The translations under genes and the position numbers were made by a program. The notes below the pieces were generated by a model. It was not told the origin of the DNA and searched no databases. It saw only the letters and a list, made by a program, of their open reading frames with translations. A stretch of DNA of 63,984 nt, counting the filler. It is 22 parts of 22 records of this genome, joined end to end, with 100 filler letters (N's around TTAATTAATTAA, not from the genome) between each part and the next. Parts side by side here need not be neighbours in the genome. Positions count along the whole stretch, not along the records: positions 1 to 2,133 come from SRR11831580_3051; positions 2,234 to 6,711 come from SRR11831580_3092; positions 6,812 to 10,269 come from SRR11831580_3094; positions 10,370 to 12,744 come from SRR11831580_3097; 18 more parts are not named here. One strand, 5' to 3'. The stretch's first letter is position 1. Each line of letters begins with the position of its first letter. Below are positions 1 to 11,748 of this stretch, piece after piece.

Positions 1-617
1 TATTCCCACTGGCGCTGATGCTTTCAGGCTGTATCTCGTATGCTCTGGTTTCCCATACCGCAAAGGGTAGTTCAGGAAAGTATCAATCGCAGTCAGACAC
101 CATCACTGGGCTATCGCAGGCAAAAGATAGTAATGGAACAAAAGGCTATGTTTTTGTAGGGGAATCGCTGGATTACCTTATCACTGATGGTGCCGATGAC
201 ATCGTTAAGATGCTCAATGATCCAGCACTTAACCGGCACAATATTCAGGTTGCCGATGACGCAAGATTTGTTTTAAATGCGGGGAAAAAGAAATTTACCG
301 GCACAATATCGCTTTACTACTACTGGAATAACGAAGAAGAAAAGGCACTGGCAACGCATTATGGTTTTGCCTGTGGTGTTCAACACTGTACCAGGTCACT
401 GGAAAACCTAAAAGGCACAATCCATGAGAAAAATAAAAACATGGATTACTCAAAGGTGATGGCGTTCTACCATCCATTTAAAGTGCGATTTTATGAATAC
501 TATTCACCCAGAGGCATTCCGGATGGTGTTTCCGCAGCATTACTGCCAGTGACTGTTACGCTGGACATCATTACTGCACCGCTGCAATTTCTGGTTGTAT
601 ATGCAGTAAACCAATAA
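1..617 (+). CDS. yidX: Putative lipoprotein YidX (5' truncated)
   Basis: ORF with a lipobox-like LSGC; convergent with yidA as in E. coli. Confidence 0.85.
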
Positions 618-624
618 TCAGTAA

Positions 625-655
625 GCGGGCAAACGCGTTTATGCTGTTTGCCCGC
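625..655. terminator. Hairpin between convergent yidX and yidA
   Basis: Inverted repeat GCGGGCAAAC...GTTTGCCCGC. Confidence 0.6.
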
Positions 656-662
656 CCACAGA

Positions 663-1475
663 TTAATTCAGCACATACTTCTCAATAGCAAACGCCACGC
701 CATCTTCAAGGTTAGATTTGGTGACAAAGTTCGCCACTTCTTTCACTGAAGGAATAGCGTTATCCATCGCCACACCGACGCCTGCATATTCAATCATTGC
801 GATATCGTTTTCCTGATCGCCAATCGCCATGATTTCTTCCGGTTTAATACCTAACACGTCGGCCAGTGATTTCACCCCCGTACCTTTGTTAACGCGTTTA
901 TCGAGGATTTCGAGGAAGTACGGCGCACTTTTCAGCACGGTATATTTCTCTTTCACTTCCTGCGGAATACGCGCGATAGCCTGGTCGAGGATGGCGGGTT
1001 CATCAATCATCATCACTTTCAGGAACTGGGTATTGGGGTCCATTTTCTCCGCTTCGCAGAACACCAGCGGAATGGTGGCAACGAAGGATTCATGCACCGT
1101 GTAGTAGCTGATATCACGGTTGGCGGTGTACAGCGTGGTGCGGTCCAGGGCGTGGAAATGAGAACCGACTTCGCGAGAGAGTTTTTCCAGGAAACGATAG
1201 TCGTCATAGCTGAGAGCAGTTTGCGCCACGGTGCTACCATCAGCGGCCTTCTGTACCAGCGCGCCGTTATAAGTAATGCAGTAGTCGCCCGGCTGTTCCA
1301 TATGCAGCTCTTTCAGGTAGTTGTGCACACCTGCATACGGGCGACCCGTCGTTAGCACGACATTCACGCCACGGGCGCGAGCTGCGGCAATCGCATTTTT
1401 AACGGCGGGTGAAATGGTGTGATCGGGCAGCAGAAGGGTGCCATCCATATCGATAGCAATGAGTTTAATAGCCAT
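663..1475 (-). CDS. yidA: HAD/Cof-family sugar phosphatase
   Basis: DMDGTLL motif I and GDQEND motif, 270 aa. Confidence 0.97.
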   Translation of the reverse strand: MAIKLIAIDMDGTLLLPDHTISPAVKNAIAAARARGVNVVLTTGRPYAGVHNYLKELHMEQPGDYCITYNGALVQKAADGSTVAQTALSYDDYRFLEKLSREVGSHFHALDRTTLYTANRDISYYTVHESFVATIPLVFCEAEKMDPNTQFLKVMMIDEPAILDQAIARIPQEVKEKYTVLKSAPYFLEILDKRVNKGTGVKSLADVLGIKPEEIMAIGDQENDIAMIEYAGVGVAMDNAIPSVKEVANFVTKSNLEDGVAFAIEKYVLN

Positions 1476-1589
1476 GAGTTCCCCAGGTAGATTGGTTCCT
1501 GACCCATGCTAACGCGATTCCGCTCAAAAATCAGTACAACACCCGAGGGAAAAGGGGGATGCAACGCGCGTTGCGTGCTCCCTTTTTGC

Positions 1590-1988
1590 TTAGCGGAAGA
1601 GTTTCCCTTTCAGCAGTTCCATGCCTGCGGAAAGCAGATCGTTATTGGCTTGTGGTGACACTTCACCTTGCGGTGAGAGCGCATCAATAATCTTCGGCAA
1701 TTGTTCTGCCAGTAAACTGGAAGCTGTACTGGTATCCACGCCAAGTTTTTGCCCGAGATCGGACACCGCATTTGTGCCGAGCGCCGATTCCAGTTGCTCG
1801 CCACTAACCGATTGATTGCCCTGTTGATTACTCAGCCAGGTTGAGAGAATGGCCCCTAAGCCGCCACTTTGCAGTTTTTCCAGCAGCACCTGAATGCCGC
1901 CCTGCTCCTCAACCCAACTTAAAATAGCCTGATATTTCCCCGCATCGCCTTTCAGAAAGGCACCGACAACTTCATCAAAAAGCCCCAT
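1590..1988 (-). CDS. yidB: DUF937 family protein YidB
   Basis: MGLFDEVVGAFLK..., 132 aa, adjacent to yidA. Confidence 0.92.
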   Translation of the reverse strand: MGLFDEVVGAFLKGDAGKYQAILSWVEEQGGIQVLLEKLQSGGLGAILSTWLSNQQGNQSVSGEQLESALGTNAVSDLGQKLGVDTSTASSLLAEQLPKIIDALSPQGEVSPQANNDLLSAGMELLKGKLFR

Positions 1989-2065
1989 GATAATCACCTG
2001 TAAAGCGTTACGTGTTGACCCAAAAAGTATAGATTTGCGGGATGATAATTGCGGATTGCAGAAAT

Positions 2066-2095
2066 AAAAAGGGCGGAGATGATCTCCGCCCTTTT
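2066..2095. terminator. Intrinsic terminator-like hairpin upstream of yidB
   Basis: AAAAAGGGCGGAGAT-G-ATCTCCGCCCTTTT. Confidence 0.7.
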
Positions 2096-2107
2096 CTTAT
2101 AGCTTCT

Positions 2108-2133
2108 TGCCGGATGCGGCGTGAACGCCTTAT
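2108..2133. repeat. REP element (partial, at contig end)
   Basis: TGCCGGATGCGGCGTGAACGCCTTAT matches the REP consensus. Confidence 0.9.
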
Positions 2134-2233
2134 NNNNNNNNNNNNNNNNNNNNNNNNNNNNNNNNNNNNNNNNNNNNTTAATTAATTAANNNNNNNNNNN
2201 NNNNNNNNNNNNNNNNNNNNNNNNNNNNNNNNN
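2134..2233. other. Artificial contig spacer N44-TTAATTAATTAA-N44, first of 21. The others start at 6712, 10270, 12745, 15151, 18755, 21766, 23939, 26448, 29551, 31811, 34034, 36765, 39169, 42007, 45518, 48656, 51097, 55724, 58365 and 61854
   Basis: Identical 100-nt block whose core puts a stop codon in all six frames; flanking genes are truncated and unrelated. Confidence 0.99.
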
Positions 2234-2929
2234 CATCACATCGCCCGCCACCTGACCATCGCGCATAACGGTGGCACAGGAGGCAATGCGGCGAATTTCT
2301 TCCATCCGGTGGCTGACATAAATCACCGCCACGCCCAGTGCCGACATCTTTTTCACCGCGCTGATCACCAGTTCAACTTCCGCACTCGCAAGCGAACTGG
2401 TAGGTTCATCAAGAATGACCACGCGCGGCTCGCCCTTCATCACCCGCGCAATTTCCACCAGCTGCTTTTGCGCCGGGCTTAGCGTTGAAACAAGTTGTTC
2501 AGGACTAACGTCAACGCCCAGCGCCTGTAAGCAACGTTGGGCATCCTGCGCCATTTGCAGGTAATCAATCATGCCGTTGCGGCGGGGCCACTGACCGAGG
2601 CAGAGGTTTTCCGCCACTGTCAGCCCTTCCACCAGACTTAACTCCTGATAAACCGCGCGCACCCCCAGTTCAGCGGCACGGCGAGTCAGCGTAGCTTCGT
2701 CACCTTCCAGTCGCGTCTCGCCAATCCAGATATCACCGCTATCCGGGCGTTCGCTGCCGGTAAGCATTCGAATGAGAGTCGATTTGCCCGCGCCGTTTTT
2801 ACCTAACAGCGCACGAACTTCGCCTTTATTGAGCGTGAAGTTAACGTTATCCAGCGCAACGACGCCGGGATAACGCTTATTTCCTGCCACCACTTTTGCT
2901 ACCGGGACTGCCTCTGTTGCCGTGAACAT
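2234..2929 (-). CDS. yphE: Sugar ABC transporter ATP-binding protein (3' truncated)
   Basis: Walker A GKNGAGKS and Walker B VILDEPT; next to yphF. Confidence 0.93.
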
Positions 2930-2951
2930 AGGGACCTCTGCGAATCAGCGA

Positions 2952-3935
2952 TTAGGGCAGACCATCAACGTGCGTTGCCAGCCACTGTTTACCGTCTTCC
3001 GTTTTGGTATAGAGATCGATAGGCACCTGAATCACTTTTTCACCGTCGGCTTGTTTATTGATAACCTTCAATGTTTGCGCGAAAACAGCATTGCCCATTT
3101 TCTTACCGGAAATATCCACTACCGCTTTCAGCACCTGATTGTTTTCCAGCTCCTGAGCAATTTCGGTTGTCATATCCGAACCGAAAACAGCAATTTTTCC
3201 GGCCTGATTTTGATTACGTACCGCTTTTACCGCGCCGAGTGTCGCACCGCCCGATTCCCCCATAATGGCGTTGAGATCCGGCGTGGAGATAATTAGTTTT
3301 TCACCAACGGAAATCGCTTTATCTAAAACAGTCCCTTCCTGATTAGCGACAATTTGCGCGCCGGGAACGCGGGATTTTAAAACTTCTTCAAATCCTTTAC
3401 GTCGCTGCACACAAACTTCAAAGGCTTCGCAATTGATGACGGCAATTTTCGGCTGGTCAATTTTATTGGCAATAAAATAATCAGCGGCAGCGTTACCCAG
3501 TTTTTTACCAAATTCCAGCGGATCGCCGACCAGATACGCCGAGACATATTTATCGACCCCCTTTTGATTAATACAGGTGTTGTAGCAAATCACCGGAATG
3601 CCCGCTTCACTGGCGCGACGAACGGTACGGCTACTGCCATTTTCAGACACTGCCGATAAAATAATGGCATCGACATTACGCGCCACGAGGGTATCAACAA
3701 AGGTACTTTCTTTCGAAATATCACCCTGGGCGTTAGTTTCTATTAACTGAACTTGTACTGAGGAATCTTTTGCCGCATCCTGAACGCCCTGACGCACTCC
3801 AGCGTAGTATCCCTGAGTATCAAGGTATATTGCGCCAATGGTCATTTCTTTTTCCGCAGCCCTGGCAAATAGTGCGCTACCTAATAGCGTAGCCATTAAT
3901 AATAGATTACGGGTTGTTCTCATTTTTGTAGGCAT
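2952..3935 (-). CDS. yphF: Sugar ABC transporter periplasmic binding protein
   Basis: Signal peptide plus RbsB-like sequence, 327 aa. Confidence 0.93.
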   Translation of the reverse strand: MPTKMRTTRNLLLMATLLGSALFARAAEKEMTIGAIYLDTQGYYAGVRQGVQDAAKDSSVQVQLIETNAQGDISKESTFVDTLVARNVDAIILSAVSENGSSRTVRRASEAGIPVICYNTCINQKGVDKYVSAYLVGDPLEFGKKLGNAAADYFIANKIDQPKIAVINCEAFEVCVQRRKGFEEVLKSRVPGAQIVANQEGTVLDKAISVGEKLIISTPDLNAIMGESGGATLGAVKAVRNQNQAGKIAVFGSDMTTEIAQELENNQVLKAVVDISGKKMGNAVFAQTLKVINKQADGEKVIQVPIDLYTKTEDGKQWLATHVDGLP

Positions 3936-4031
3936 AGAGCCTCCTGTAGGGTTTTTATTAACAACGGCTTATTCTAATTATTTTGTGATGAGCGGCAGCG
4001 CGTGCCGCTCAAATATTACAGTTAATAGGGT

Positions 4032-6711
4032 TTAGTGAACGCGGTTAAAAATAAAAGGCATCACGGTGGTGAATAATGCCGCTTTCGGCCAAGCCGGATT
4101 AATCGCCGTCAATTCAGCGCGAGCAGACTCATATTGCGCAACCTCCCCGAGTCCCGCGGACGCCAGCATCGCCACCATCAGGCATTTTTCTTTATGCTGC
4201 TGTTGTAAATCGCCATACAGCGACAACAAGTCAGGTTGCGAGACGGCAAAGAAATCCGCTTCGATACTGGTTTTCGCCATCTCTTGCGCCCACTGTTTCA
4301 TTTCACTAAACAGTTGCTGTGCGGTTTGTTGTTCGCCCAGCAGTCGCAGCGCCATCCCTTGCCAGAAGAGATAATCAACCGGCTGATCGTTGTAATAACT
4401 GTGAATGTTAATAGTGCGATCGCCGGTCGCCGCCAGACGTAAACAACGCGTCGCTTCAGTTTCATCGCCCTGCGCGTTGGCGCATATCGCCTGCCAGAAC
4501 CAGATGTCGTTATCAGTTTGCCCCGGTAAACGGCCTTCGCTTAAATTCTCCGGATAATGCAGCGCGGCATGAAGCAGTTCGCAGGCCTGCTGCGGCTGTC
4601 TGGCATCAAGATGCTGCCAGGCGCGTAATAACTGGTTGAGGATAAACTGACTGGTGACCTTCCCTTCCCCGCCTTCCCACGGGTGGAATTTGCGCGTGGC
4701 GAGAATGTCCGCCGCTTTGTCTGCCTGACCCGTGAGATGCCACAAATTGAGCAGTTCTGCGGTCATGTCGTCGCGTTTCAGCGCAATTTCCAGATTATTT
4801 TCCAGACGCGCCAGTCGTTTCTCCGGTGTGGCTCCACTTAACTTATCCAGCAAATCCCGTTCGAAAAGCAGACGTGCATCCTGCGGCGCAAGCTGATAAG
4901 CATTATCAAGATAACGCGCGGCCAGCTCATAATCGTGTTGCTTATTCCACGCATGGATCGCTAACCCGCGCCAGCCGTCGGCAAACTCCGGCGACATCTC
5001 TACGCAACGTTGCCAAAAGGCAATGGCTTTGTTGTAGCTACGTTTGTTGTAGTAGAAGCAAGCTAGTAAATGGCGAGCAAACCAGCACTCTTCAATACTC
5101 TCCAGCGCCGCCACTTCTTCCAGCGTATTCGGGAAACGGACAAACTGCGGGAAGACATCAATGGCTTTTGCGACCAGTTCGCCACGTTCGGCTTTCGGCA
5201 GCAAGCTGGCTTGCAGGTAAAGCGGCAGCGTGCGCTGGCAGTCCAGTGCGTTCAGCATCTCTGCCGCCAGGGTGGGCATTCCCCAGTTAATCAGTTGCCC
5301 GGCGGTCATCAGGGCGTTAACGTCGCGTCCCTGACACAGACCGCGCCACTGCGCGAGAGCTGATTCGCTACGACCATCGAACCAGTTCAGCCACCACAGA
5401 GTGGCGTTCAGCGGATAATCGCGCAGCAGTTTCTCGCGCTGCACACGCGCGTTGTCCTGACGACCACTTAACACCAGCAGCAGATTATGCAGGCAAAGCA
5501 CTTCCTGATTGGTTGGGCAGGCGCGAAGACTTTGTTGGCAAAAATCCAGACCAGCGTCGAAGTTACCATTACGCGCCGCCAGTCGTGCCAGGCCATAATA
5601 GCCACCGGCTTTGCTGTTGCCGCTCCAGACCGCACGCCAGAAATCCTCTTCGGCTTGTTGATATTGTCCCTGACGTTCGTAAGCACTGGCGCGAATCAAA
5701 CTCGCCTGTCCGCACTGCGGATTTTTGTTCAGCGCATGTGCGCGTTTCAGAGCCTGAGTGGCATACGCCACCGCTTGCGGGAAATCTGCGCGGTTATATT
5801 CCAGCATCGCCAGCGCCAGGTTACAGCGATAATCCAGCGGGTCCAGCGCCACGCCGCGCAGGTAGTAATCGAACGGTGAACGGCTGGCGTGATGATATTG
5901 CTCCAGATGCTGACCGATAAACCAGGCTTCATCTGTACTGGTAATGTCTTGTGCTGCCAGTGGCGCTTTGGCGACGTCCGGTAACGGCAACGCTTGCGGC
6001 TGATGTTCCTGATAACTCAGTACAATATTGCCGTCGGCATCGGAGAGCTCAATGGTCAGCCTTTCAGGATTGATACCGTGCAACACGCCCTGGATGGCGG
6101 TCGCAGGCATCAGTGCCACGGCATCATCAAGTAACGCGTTGCATTTACCGATTTCGCGGATCGCCAGGCGGTATCCGTTCAACGGAGAGATGGCATACAG
6201 CCCCCACTCAATCCCCCGCTTACTACGCTGGAGTTTTATCACCGCATCGCGGGAGGCATTTTGCACCATGCCCAAAGAATGATAAGGCAGGAAATACTGC
6301 TCAAAACGCTTCTCTTCGTAAGCATCAAGCCAGGTAAAATCGGGCTGGTTATCGGCAAAAATACCGGTCATCAGTTCGATATACGGGCCGTTATTGTCGG
6401 TCAGACTCTTATCCCACGCCTGGCCAAATTCACTGTGTCCCCAACTCCACTGTTTTTACCTGGCGCAATATGGTGGTTGGCAACGTGCAGCAAACCGCCA
6501 TCTTCATCGTGACACCACGCGCCGACAAAATCGTACTGCGATTTTTCGGCCATATATGAGGTTGGAACAGGCACATTTTTATAGCGAGAAATGTCCACTC
6601 CAGCGGAGTAGTCCACTTTGTAGTAAGTGCCGGTAGCGATGGGGAAAGCGGAGACGGCCCGTTTGCCGTGATCAAACACCGCCGTTACATCCGGCGGGAA
6701 GACGCTCTGAT
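4032..6711 (-). CDS. yphG: DUF5107/TPR protein YphG (5' truncated; 1-nt frameshift at the T5 run 6453-6457)
   Basis: ORFs 6401-6679 and 4032-6371 join (APGKKQWSWG) if one base is added to the homopolymer; TPR-like C-terminal region. Confidence 0.9.
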
Positions 6712-6811
6712 NNNNNNNNNNNNNNNNNNNNNNNNNNNNNNNNNNNNNNNNNNNNTTAATTAATTAANNNNNNNNNNNNNNNNNNNNNNNNNNNNNNNNN
6801 NNNNNNNNNNN

Positions 6812-7049
6812 CGAGATTTTCTGACAACGAATCCAGACGGGTAACAATGATGGCGACCACTTTATCGCTTTGCCCACGCATAGCGCGCGCAGAGCGGGAA
6901 GGGGAAAATCCATGCTGATTCATCACTGCTTCAACACGCTCGCGGGTGAGCTGGCTCACGCCGCTTTCGTTATTCAGCACCCGGGAAACTGTAGATTTCC
7001 CCACGCCGCTTAAGCGCGCGATATCTTTGATGGTCAGCCGATTTTGCAT
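6812..7049 (-). CDS. treR: Trehalose operon repressor, LacI family (3' truncated)
   Basis: LTIKDIARLSGVGKSTVSRVLN helix-turn-helix; divergent from mgtA. Confidence 0.95.
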
Positions 7050-7123
7050 CCTGTTGTCCTGTAACGTGTTGTTTAATTATTTGAGCCTAACGTTACCCGT
7101 GCATTCAGCAATGGGTAAAGTCT

Positions 7124-7140
7124 GGTTTATCGTTGGTTTA
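7124..7140 (+). promoter_or_regulatory. PhoP box of the mgtA promoter
   Basis: Direct repeat GGTTTA-N5-GGTTTA. Confidence 0.85.
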
Positions 7141-7164
7141 GTTGTCAGCAGGTATTATATCGCC

Positions 7165-7427
7165 ATAGATGCTACGAATATTATTGGATTCTCCTTATTA
7201 TTTGCGGCGCTTTTTTCACTTACCGGAGGTTATATGGAACCTGATCCCACGCCTCTCCCTCGACGGAGATTAAAACTTTTCCGGTAAGCCCGTCTTTTCA
7301 CGGCGTTACCGGATGCGTAAGGCCGTGACGTTTTAACGTCCCTGCTCAGCTTTATTACCTTCAGGTAAGGCTTCGCCACGCCTGAAGACATTTCTGTACT
7401 GTTTCAGACAGTGCGGAGGGACTCCTT
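7165..7427 (+). promoter_or_regulatory. mgtA Mg2+-responsive 5' leader (boundaries approximate)
   Basis: Long leader containing mgtL between the PhoP promoter and mgtA; established for enterobacteria. Confidence 0.7.
7234..7287 (+). CDS. mgtL: Proline-rich leader peptide MgtL
   Basis: [17 protein letters not shown]. Confidence 0.95.
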
Positions 7428-10124
7428 ATGTTTAAAGAAATTTTTACCCGGCTCATTCGCCATTTACCTTCCCGTCTGGTTCATCGTGATCCATTGCCTG
7501 GCGCGCAGCAGACAGTGAATACGGTGGTCCCGCCGTCCTTAAGTGCGCATTGCCTGAAAATGGCGGTGATGCCCGAAGAAGAATTGTGGAAAACGTTCGA
7601 CACCCATCCGGAAGGGTTAAATCAGGCGGAAGTGGAATCTGCCCGCGAACAACATGGTGAAAATAAATTACCCGCACAACAACCGTCGCCGTGGTGGGTA
7701 CATTTATGGGTCTGCTATCGCAACCCCTTTAATATTTTACTCACCATTCTCGGCGCTATTTCTTACGCCACGGAAGATTTATTTGCTGCGGGCGTTATCG
7801 CGCTAATGGTCGCTATTTCTACGTTGCTGAACTTTATTCAGGAAGCACGTTCCACTAAAGCGGCAGATGCCCTGAAAGCGATGGTCAGCAATACTGCGAC
7901 GGTGCTGCGCGTAATTAACGACAAAGGCGAAAATGGCTGGCTGGAGATCCCGATCGACCAGCTGGTGCCCGGCGATATTATAAAACTGGCGGCGGGAGAT
8001 ATGATCCCGGCAGATTTACGTATCTTGCAGGCGCGGGATCTGTTCGTCGCTCAGGCGTCGTTAACCGGTGAGTCTCTGCCCGTAGAAAAAGCCGCTACCA
8101 CTCGCCAGCCGGAGCACAGCAATCCGCTGGAGTGCGACACGCTGTGTTTTATGGGCACCACCGTGGTGAGCGGCACGGCACAAGCAATGGTGATTGCTAC
8201 AGGTGCCAATACCTGGTTTGGTCAACTGGCGGGGCGTGTTAGTGAGCAGGAAAGCGAGCCGAATGCCTTTCAGCAAGGGATCAGCCGCGTCAGTATGCTG
8301 CTGATTCGCTTTATGCTGGTGATGGCACCGGTGGTGCTGTTAATCAATGGTTACACCAAAGGCGACTGGTGGGAAGCGGCGCTGTTTGCGCTTTCGGTCG
8401 CGGTAGGCCTAACGCCGGAAATGTTGCCGATGATTGTTACCTCGACGCTGGCGCGCGGCGCAGTAAAGCTGTCGAAACAGAAAGTGATCGTCAAACATCT
8501 GGATGCTATTCAGAACTTTGGCGCAATGGATATTCTGTGCACTGATAAAACCGGCACCCTGACGCAGGATAAAATTGTGCTGGAGAATCATACCGATATC
8601 TCCGGTAAAACCAGCGAACGCGTGCTGCATAGCGCGTGGTTGAACAGTCATTATCAGACCGGACTTAAAAACCTGCTCGATACAGCGGTGCTCGAAGGTA
8701 CGGATGAAGAGTCAGCGCGCTCGCTGGCCAGTCGTTGGCAAAAAATTGATGAGATTCCGTTTGATTTCGAGCGTCGCCGGATGTCGGTGGTAGTGGCAGA
8801 AAATACCGAGCACCATCAGCTGGTTTGCAAAGGTGCATTGCAGGAAATCCTCAATGTGTGTTCGCAGGTGCGTCACAATGGCGAGATTGTGCCGCTCGAT
8901 GACATCATGCTGCGTAAGATTAAGCGGGTTACTGATACGCTGAATCGTCAGGGGCTGCGCGTGGTTGCGGTGGCGACGAAATACCTGCCAGCGCGTGAAG
9001 GAGATTACCAGCGGGCGGATGAATCCGACCTGATCCTCGAAGGATATATTGCTTTTCTTGATCCGCCAAAAGAGACAACCGCTCCGGCACTGAAGGCATT
9101 AAAAGCGAGTGGAATTACCGTAAAAATCCTTACTGGCGACAGTGAGTTAGTTGCAGCGAAAGTGTGCCATGAAGTGGGGCTGGACGCGGGAGAGGTGGTC
9201 ATTGGTAGTGATATTGAAACGCTATCTGACGACGAACTGGCAAATCTTGCACAGCGTACCACGCTGTTTGCCCGCCTGACGCCGATGCATAAAGAACGCA
9301 TTGTGACCTTACTGAAGCGCGAAGGGCATGTGGTTGGCTTTATGGGCGATGGTATTAATGATGCGCCCGCCTTACGCGCTGCGGATATCGGCATTTCTGT
9401 GGACGGCGCGGTAGATATTGCCCGTGAAGCGGCTGATATCATCCTGCTGGAAAAAAGCCTGATGGTGCTGGAAGAGGGGGTTATTGAGGGACGTCGCACT
9501 TTCGCCAACATGCTGAAATACATCAAAATGACGGCGAGCTCTAACTTCGGTAATGTGTTCAGCGTGCTGGTAGCGAGTGCTTTCTTGCCCTTCCTGCCGA
9601 TGTTGCCGTTACACTTGCTTATTCAGAACCTGCTGTACGATGTGTCACAGGTGGCGATCCCGTTTGATAACGTCGACGACGAGCAAATTCAAAAGCCGCA
9701 GCGTTGGAATCCGGCGGATCTGGGGCGCTTTATGATCTTCTTCGGACCGATCAGCTCGATCTTCGATATTTTGACGTTTTGCCTGATGTGGTGGGTATTC
9801 CATGCCAACACGCCGGAAACGCAAACGCTGTTCCAGTCGGGATGGTTTGTGGTGGGCTTACTGTCGCAAACGCTGATTGTGCATATGATCCGCACCCGCC
9901 GTGTGCCGTTTATTCAGAGCTGTGCATCGTGGCCGTTAATGATCATGACCGTGATCGTGATGATTGTCGGGATCGCATTGCCGTTTTCACCGCTGGCCAG
10001 TTATCTGCAATTACAGGCGCTGCCGTTAAGCTATTTCCCGTGGCTGGTTGCGATTCTGGCAGGGTATATGACATTAACCCAGTTGGTGAAAGGGTTCTAT
10101 AGCCGTCGTTACGGCTGGCAATAA
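7428..10124 (+). CDS. mgtA: Mg2+-importing P-type ATPase
   Basis: DKTGT phosphorylation motif, TGES, GDGIND; 898 aa. Confidence 0.98.
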   Translation: MFKEIFTRLIRHLPSRLVHRDPLPGAQQTVNTVVPPSLSAHCLKMAVMPEEELWKTFDTHPEGLNQAEVESAREQHGENKLPAQQPSPWWVHLWVCYRNPFNILLTILGAISYATEDLFAAGVIALMVAISTLLNFIQEARSTKAADALKAMVSNTATVLRVINDKGENGWLEIPIDQLVPGDIIKLAAGDMIPADLRILQARDLFVAQASLTGESLPVEKAATTRQPEHSNPLECDTLCFMGTTVVSGTAQAMVIATGANTWFGQLAGRVSEQESEPNAFQQGISRVSMLLIRFMLVMAPVVLLINGYTKGDWWEAALFALSVAVGLTPEMLPMIVTSTLARGAVKLSKQKVIVKHLDAIQNFGAMDILCTDKTGTLTQDKIVLENHTDISGKTSERVLHSAWLNSHYQTGLKNLLDTAVLEGTDEESARSLASRWQKIDEIPFDFERRRMSVVVAENTEHHQLVCKGALQEILNVCSQVRHNGEIVPLDDIMLRKIKRVTDTLNRQGLRVVAVATKYLPAREGDYQRADESDLILEGYIAFLDPPKETTAPALKALKASGITVKILTGDSELVAAKVCHEVGLDAGEVVIGSDIETLSDDELANLAQRTTLFARLTPMHKERIVTLLKREGHVVGFMGDGINDAPALRAADIGISVDGAVDIAREAADIILLEKSLMVLEEGVIEGRRTFANMLKYIKMTASSNFGNVFSVLVASAFLPFLPMLPLHLLIQNLLYDVSQVAIPFDNVDDEQIQKPQRWNPADLGRFMIFFGPISSIFDILTFCLMWWVFHANTPETQTLFQSGWFVVGLLSQTLIVHMIRTRRVPFIQSCASWPLMIMTVIVMIVGIALPFSPLASYLQLQALPLSYFPWLVAILAGYMTLTQLVKGFYSRRYGWQ

Positions 10125-10182
10125 AGAATAAACTGGGCACGATAGCCCCGATTCAGATTGTAGACAAAGTGAGTTTTGTTCA

Positions 10183-10269
10183 TGCCGGATGCGGCGTAAA
10201 TGCCTTATCCGGCCAACAAATTCAATAAATTGCAGGAATCACGTAGGCCTGATAAGCGTAGCGCATCAG
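10183..10269. repeat. REP/BIME element (partial)
   Basis: TGCCGGATGCGGCGTAAATGCCTTATCCGGCC...GTAGGCCTGATAAGCGTAGCGCATCAG. Confidence 0.9.
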
Positions 10270-10369
10270 NNNNNNNNNNNNNNNNNNNNNNNNNNNNNNN
10301 NNNNNNNNNNNNNTTAATTAATTAANNNNNNNNNNNNNNNNNNNNNNNNNNNNNNNNNNNNNNNNNNNN

Positions 10370-11177
10370 TAAAGATGTTTTAATTTTCAATTTCCCGATG
10401 GCCAAACCATTTTGGCATATATTGTCATTCTTTCACCGCCTTCTAAAATTTAGAATAGTACCTCTGATTCATGATATTGATGAATTAAGAGGAGGAGGGG
10501 GTAGTGATTCTGTGCGGCTTGCTACCTGTGATATGGTCATAAGTCACAATCCACAAATGACAAAGTACCTTAGTAAATATATGTCTCAGGATAAAATCAA
10601 AGACATAAAAATATTTGATTACCTCGTCTCATCTGATGTGGAGCATCGAGATGTTACGGATAAGCAACGAGGGGTCATATATGCTGGCAACCTTTCTAGG
10701 CATAAATGTTCTTTCATATATACTGAAGGATGCGATTTTACTCTCTTTGGTGTCAACTATGAAAATAAAGATAATCCTAAATATCTTGGAAGTTTTGATG
10801 CTCAATCTCCGGAAAAGATTAACCTCCCAGGCATGCAATTTGGACTCATTTGGGATGGAGATTCTGTCGAAACCTGTAGTGGTGCCTTTGGCGACTATTT
10901 AAAGTTTAATAACCCTCATAAGACATCTCTTTATCTTTCAATGGAACTTCCAGTATTTATATGGGATAAAGCCGCCCTTGCGGATTTCATTGTAGATAAT
11001 AGAATAGGATATGCAGTGGGATCAATCAAAGAAATGCAAGAGATTGTTGACTCCATGACAATAGAAACTTATAAGCAAATTAGTGAGAATACAAAAATTA
11101 TTTCTCAGAAAATTCGAACAGGAAGTTACTTCAGGGATGTTCTTGAAGAGGTGATCGATGATCTTAAAACTCGCTAA
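10370..11177 (+). CDS. wbbI: Beta-1,6-galactofuranosyltransferase, O16 antigen (5' truncated)
   Basis: Recognised K-12 O-antigen cluster protein; low GC; order wbbI-wbbJ-wbbK. Confidence 0.88.
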
Positions 11178-11748
11178 ACGATATGGTCTCTGTGGTTTTA
11201 TTCGGCTTGTTAGAGATGTCTTATTGACTCGTGTATTTTACCGGAACTGTAGAATTATTCGATTTCCCTGCTATATTCGCAATGATGGTAGCATTAATTT
11301 TGGTGAAAATTTCACAAGTGGAGTCGGTCTCAGGCTGGATGCATTTGGACGTGGCGTGATTTTTTTTTCCGATAATGTGCAAGTTAACGACTATGTTCAT
11401 ATCGCCTCAATTGAGAGCGTTACGATAGGTCGGGATACGCTTATTGCAAGTAAAGTATTTATTACCGATCATAATCACGGTTCCTTTAAGCACTCTGATC
11501 CAATGAGTTCGCCAAATATACCTCCAGACATGCGCACGTTGGAATCTTCAGCTGTTGTAATTGGCCAGAGGGTTTGGTTGGGTGAGAATGTGACGGTTTT
11601 GCCTGGAACAATTATTGGTAATGGAGTCGTAGTCGGCGCCAATTCTGTTGTTAGAGGTTCTATTCCCGAAAATACTGTCATTGCGGGAGTACCAGCAAAA
11701 ATCATAAAGAAATACAATCATGAGACCAAATTATGGGAAAAAGCATAG
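11158..11748 (+). CDS. wbbJ: O-antigen O-acetyltransferase (hexapeptide repeat)
   Basis: Left-handed beta-helix repeats, GVPAK C-terminal motif, 196 aa. Confidence 0.92.
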